Assembly (NCBI GenBank): GCA_963815195.1
Contig: CAWFGE010000012.1
Coordinates: 992,001-1,056,000, forward strand
Direction: 5' to 3'
Source of the DNA: an uncultured Planctomycetaceae bacterium
Lineage (GTDB): Bacteria; Planctomycetota; Planctomycetia; Planctomycetales; Planctomycetaceae
Length of the DNA stretch: 64,000 nucleotides
Shown one piece after another: positions 62,968 through 64,000 of this stretch; the stretch's first letter is position 1; every line of letters starts with the position of its first letter. The position numbers and the translations under genes are program-made. Under the pieces are notes generated by a model. That model saw nothing but the letters and a program-made list of their open reading frames with translations. It ran no database searches and was not told the DNA's origin.

Positions 62968-63163
62968 CCCCATCATCGCCGAAGTCCGGGCGGTCCGCGA
63001 AAATCACGCGGCCCAGTTCGGCTACGACATCACGGAAATCTTCAAGAACCTCAGAACCAAACAAAAAGCGTCCGGCCGCAAATACGTGAGCTACCCGCCA
63101 CGCCCGGCGACTTTAACCACTGACACCGAGTCAACTGACATCACAAGAGGCGAAGAAGAGTGA
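62948..63163 (+). CDS. Small probable antitoxin downstream of the PIN toxin
   Basis: DPIIAEVRAVRENHAAQFGYDI; overlaps the toxin 3' end. Confidence 0.7.
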   Translation: MKRTTNDPIIAEVRAVRENHAAQFGYDITEIFKNLRTKQKASGRKYVSYPPRPATLTTDTESTDITRGEEE

Positions 63164-63226
63164 TGTAGCATCCTAAAGTAATCTCTCGCGGCTACCCCGC
63201 CCTGGTTTACAAGCAACCAGGGCCAC

Positions 63227-63550
63227 CCCGCGGAAACGATCGATTGCTTCAAAGCCCACTTGCCGGAAACCGCCCTGATCGCATTGGATCACGATTAGGA
63301 AATGATCGAAGGAGAACACGAACAGAACATGATCGATCCGGGAACCGGCCGCGACGTGGCGGAGTACCTGGCCACAAAAACCCCCGTCTGCCCGGTCCTC
63401 ATCCACACCACCAACACCCCCGCCGGCGCGGGCATGGAAATGACGTTGAAAGAAGCCGGTTGGAAATCAGAACGAATCGTGCCTTATGGGGATATGGAGT
63501 GGATAGCGGGGGTGTGGGTTTCGACAATAAAAAAGGTTTCGTCATTTTAA
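63227..63550 (+). pseudogene. Cyclic-phosphate-processing receiver-like gene, copy 2, 5'-truncated with internal TAG
   Basis: LIALDHD*EM...GTGRDVAEYL...VLIHTTNTPAGAGMEMTLKEAGW...DMEWI; TAG at 63296-63298 where L is expected. Confidence 0.6.
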
Positions 63551-63552
63551 AT

Positions 63553-63618
63553 GTAGGGTGGGTATCGCCCACCAATTCGGAAGATGGTGGGCCGTGCCCA
63601 CCGCCGTGCCCACCCTAC
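63553..63618. repeat. GTAG-type REP doublet
   Basis: GTAGGGTGGGTATCGCCCACC...GGTGGGCCGTGCCCACC(GCCGTGCCCACC)CTAC. Confidence 0.75.
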
Positions 63619-63664
63619 TTACTTTTGGCAAGTCAAAGCATCAGTTTTTTCAAGGAGTTTCACA

Positions 63665-64000
63665 ATGGCAATTCCCCATGCAAAATCAGGCGAAGTCATC
63701 GACCTAAAATCTCTGGGAGAGGCCGCGACGTCTTCGATCACAAATACTGTGGTAAAGACTGATCATCTGGAAGTGATCCGTCTGGTGATTCCCGCCGGCA
63801 AGGACATCCCGCCGCATCAGGTCGCCGGCGAGATCACAGTGCAGTGTCTGAACGGCCGAGTCGCCTTCACGGGCGGCGGTGCGACCCGTGAACTGTCGGC
63901 GGGGCAGATGCTCTATCTCGCCGGCAACGAACCGCATTCGCTCCGCGGCATCGAGGATGCGTCCGTGCTCGTGACCATCCTGCTACACCACAAAAGCGAG
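63665..64000 (+). CDS. Cupin domain protein, runs off the window end
   Basis: MAIPHAKSGEVIDL...PPHQVAGEITVQCLNG...NEPHSLRG; AAGGAG RBS. Confidence 0.85.
   Translation, partial: MAIPHAKSGEVIDLKSLGEAATSSITNTVVKTDHLEVIRLVIPAGKDIPPHQVAGEITVQCLNGRVAFTGGGATRELSAGQMLYLAGNEPHSLRGIEDASVLVTILLHHKSE

Noticed and set aside
63296..63298. In-frame TAG as recoding or alternative genetic code
   Set aside because: Gene is also 5'-truncated and TAG is a normal stop elsewhere in the window; a nonsense mutation or read error is simpler

Overview
High-GC bacterial DNA with strong Planctomycetota signatures (LEPRxLL-type surface protein, DUF1559-like protein, PVC-type CxxCH heme protein, NfeD, planctomycete-style REPs). 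Several otherwise normal genes (serC, the PVC heme protein, the DUF1559 gene) carry small frameshifting indels, so the assembly probably has long-read indel errors and pseudogene calls need caution. The flanks (1-18.4 kb, 46.4-64 kb) are mostly housekeeping (pncA, rpsT, rpsD, serC, MTA/SAH nucleosidase, uvrC-like, gspE-like, nrtR with a palindromic operator), with probable FtsH-ternary conflict-system genes at the left edge. The centre is a tRNA-Ser(TGA) integration hotspot with two tandem islands delimited by 60-bp copies of the tRNA 3' end (18858-18917, 33897-33956, 46218-46277). Island 1 (~15 kb) is a capsid-less, packaging-only phage-like element: intact tyrosine integrase, small and large GpA-type terminase (interrupted by an IS4 with a 12-bp target duplication), a candidate cos-like site, ParB-methyltransferase, two HARE-HTH genes separated by a type II pseudoknotted hammerhead ribozyme, phased 10-bp repeats, and three defence-like cargo slots (AbiE, NucS-like nuclease, orphan PD-(D/E)XK protein). 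Island 2 (~12 kb) is an older, decayed element carrying a CusBA heavy-metal efflux module preceded by two Cys-rich leader-like ORFs. All family assignments are from motif recognition by eye, not database searches.
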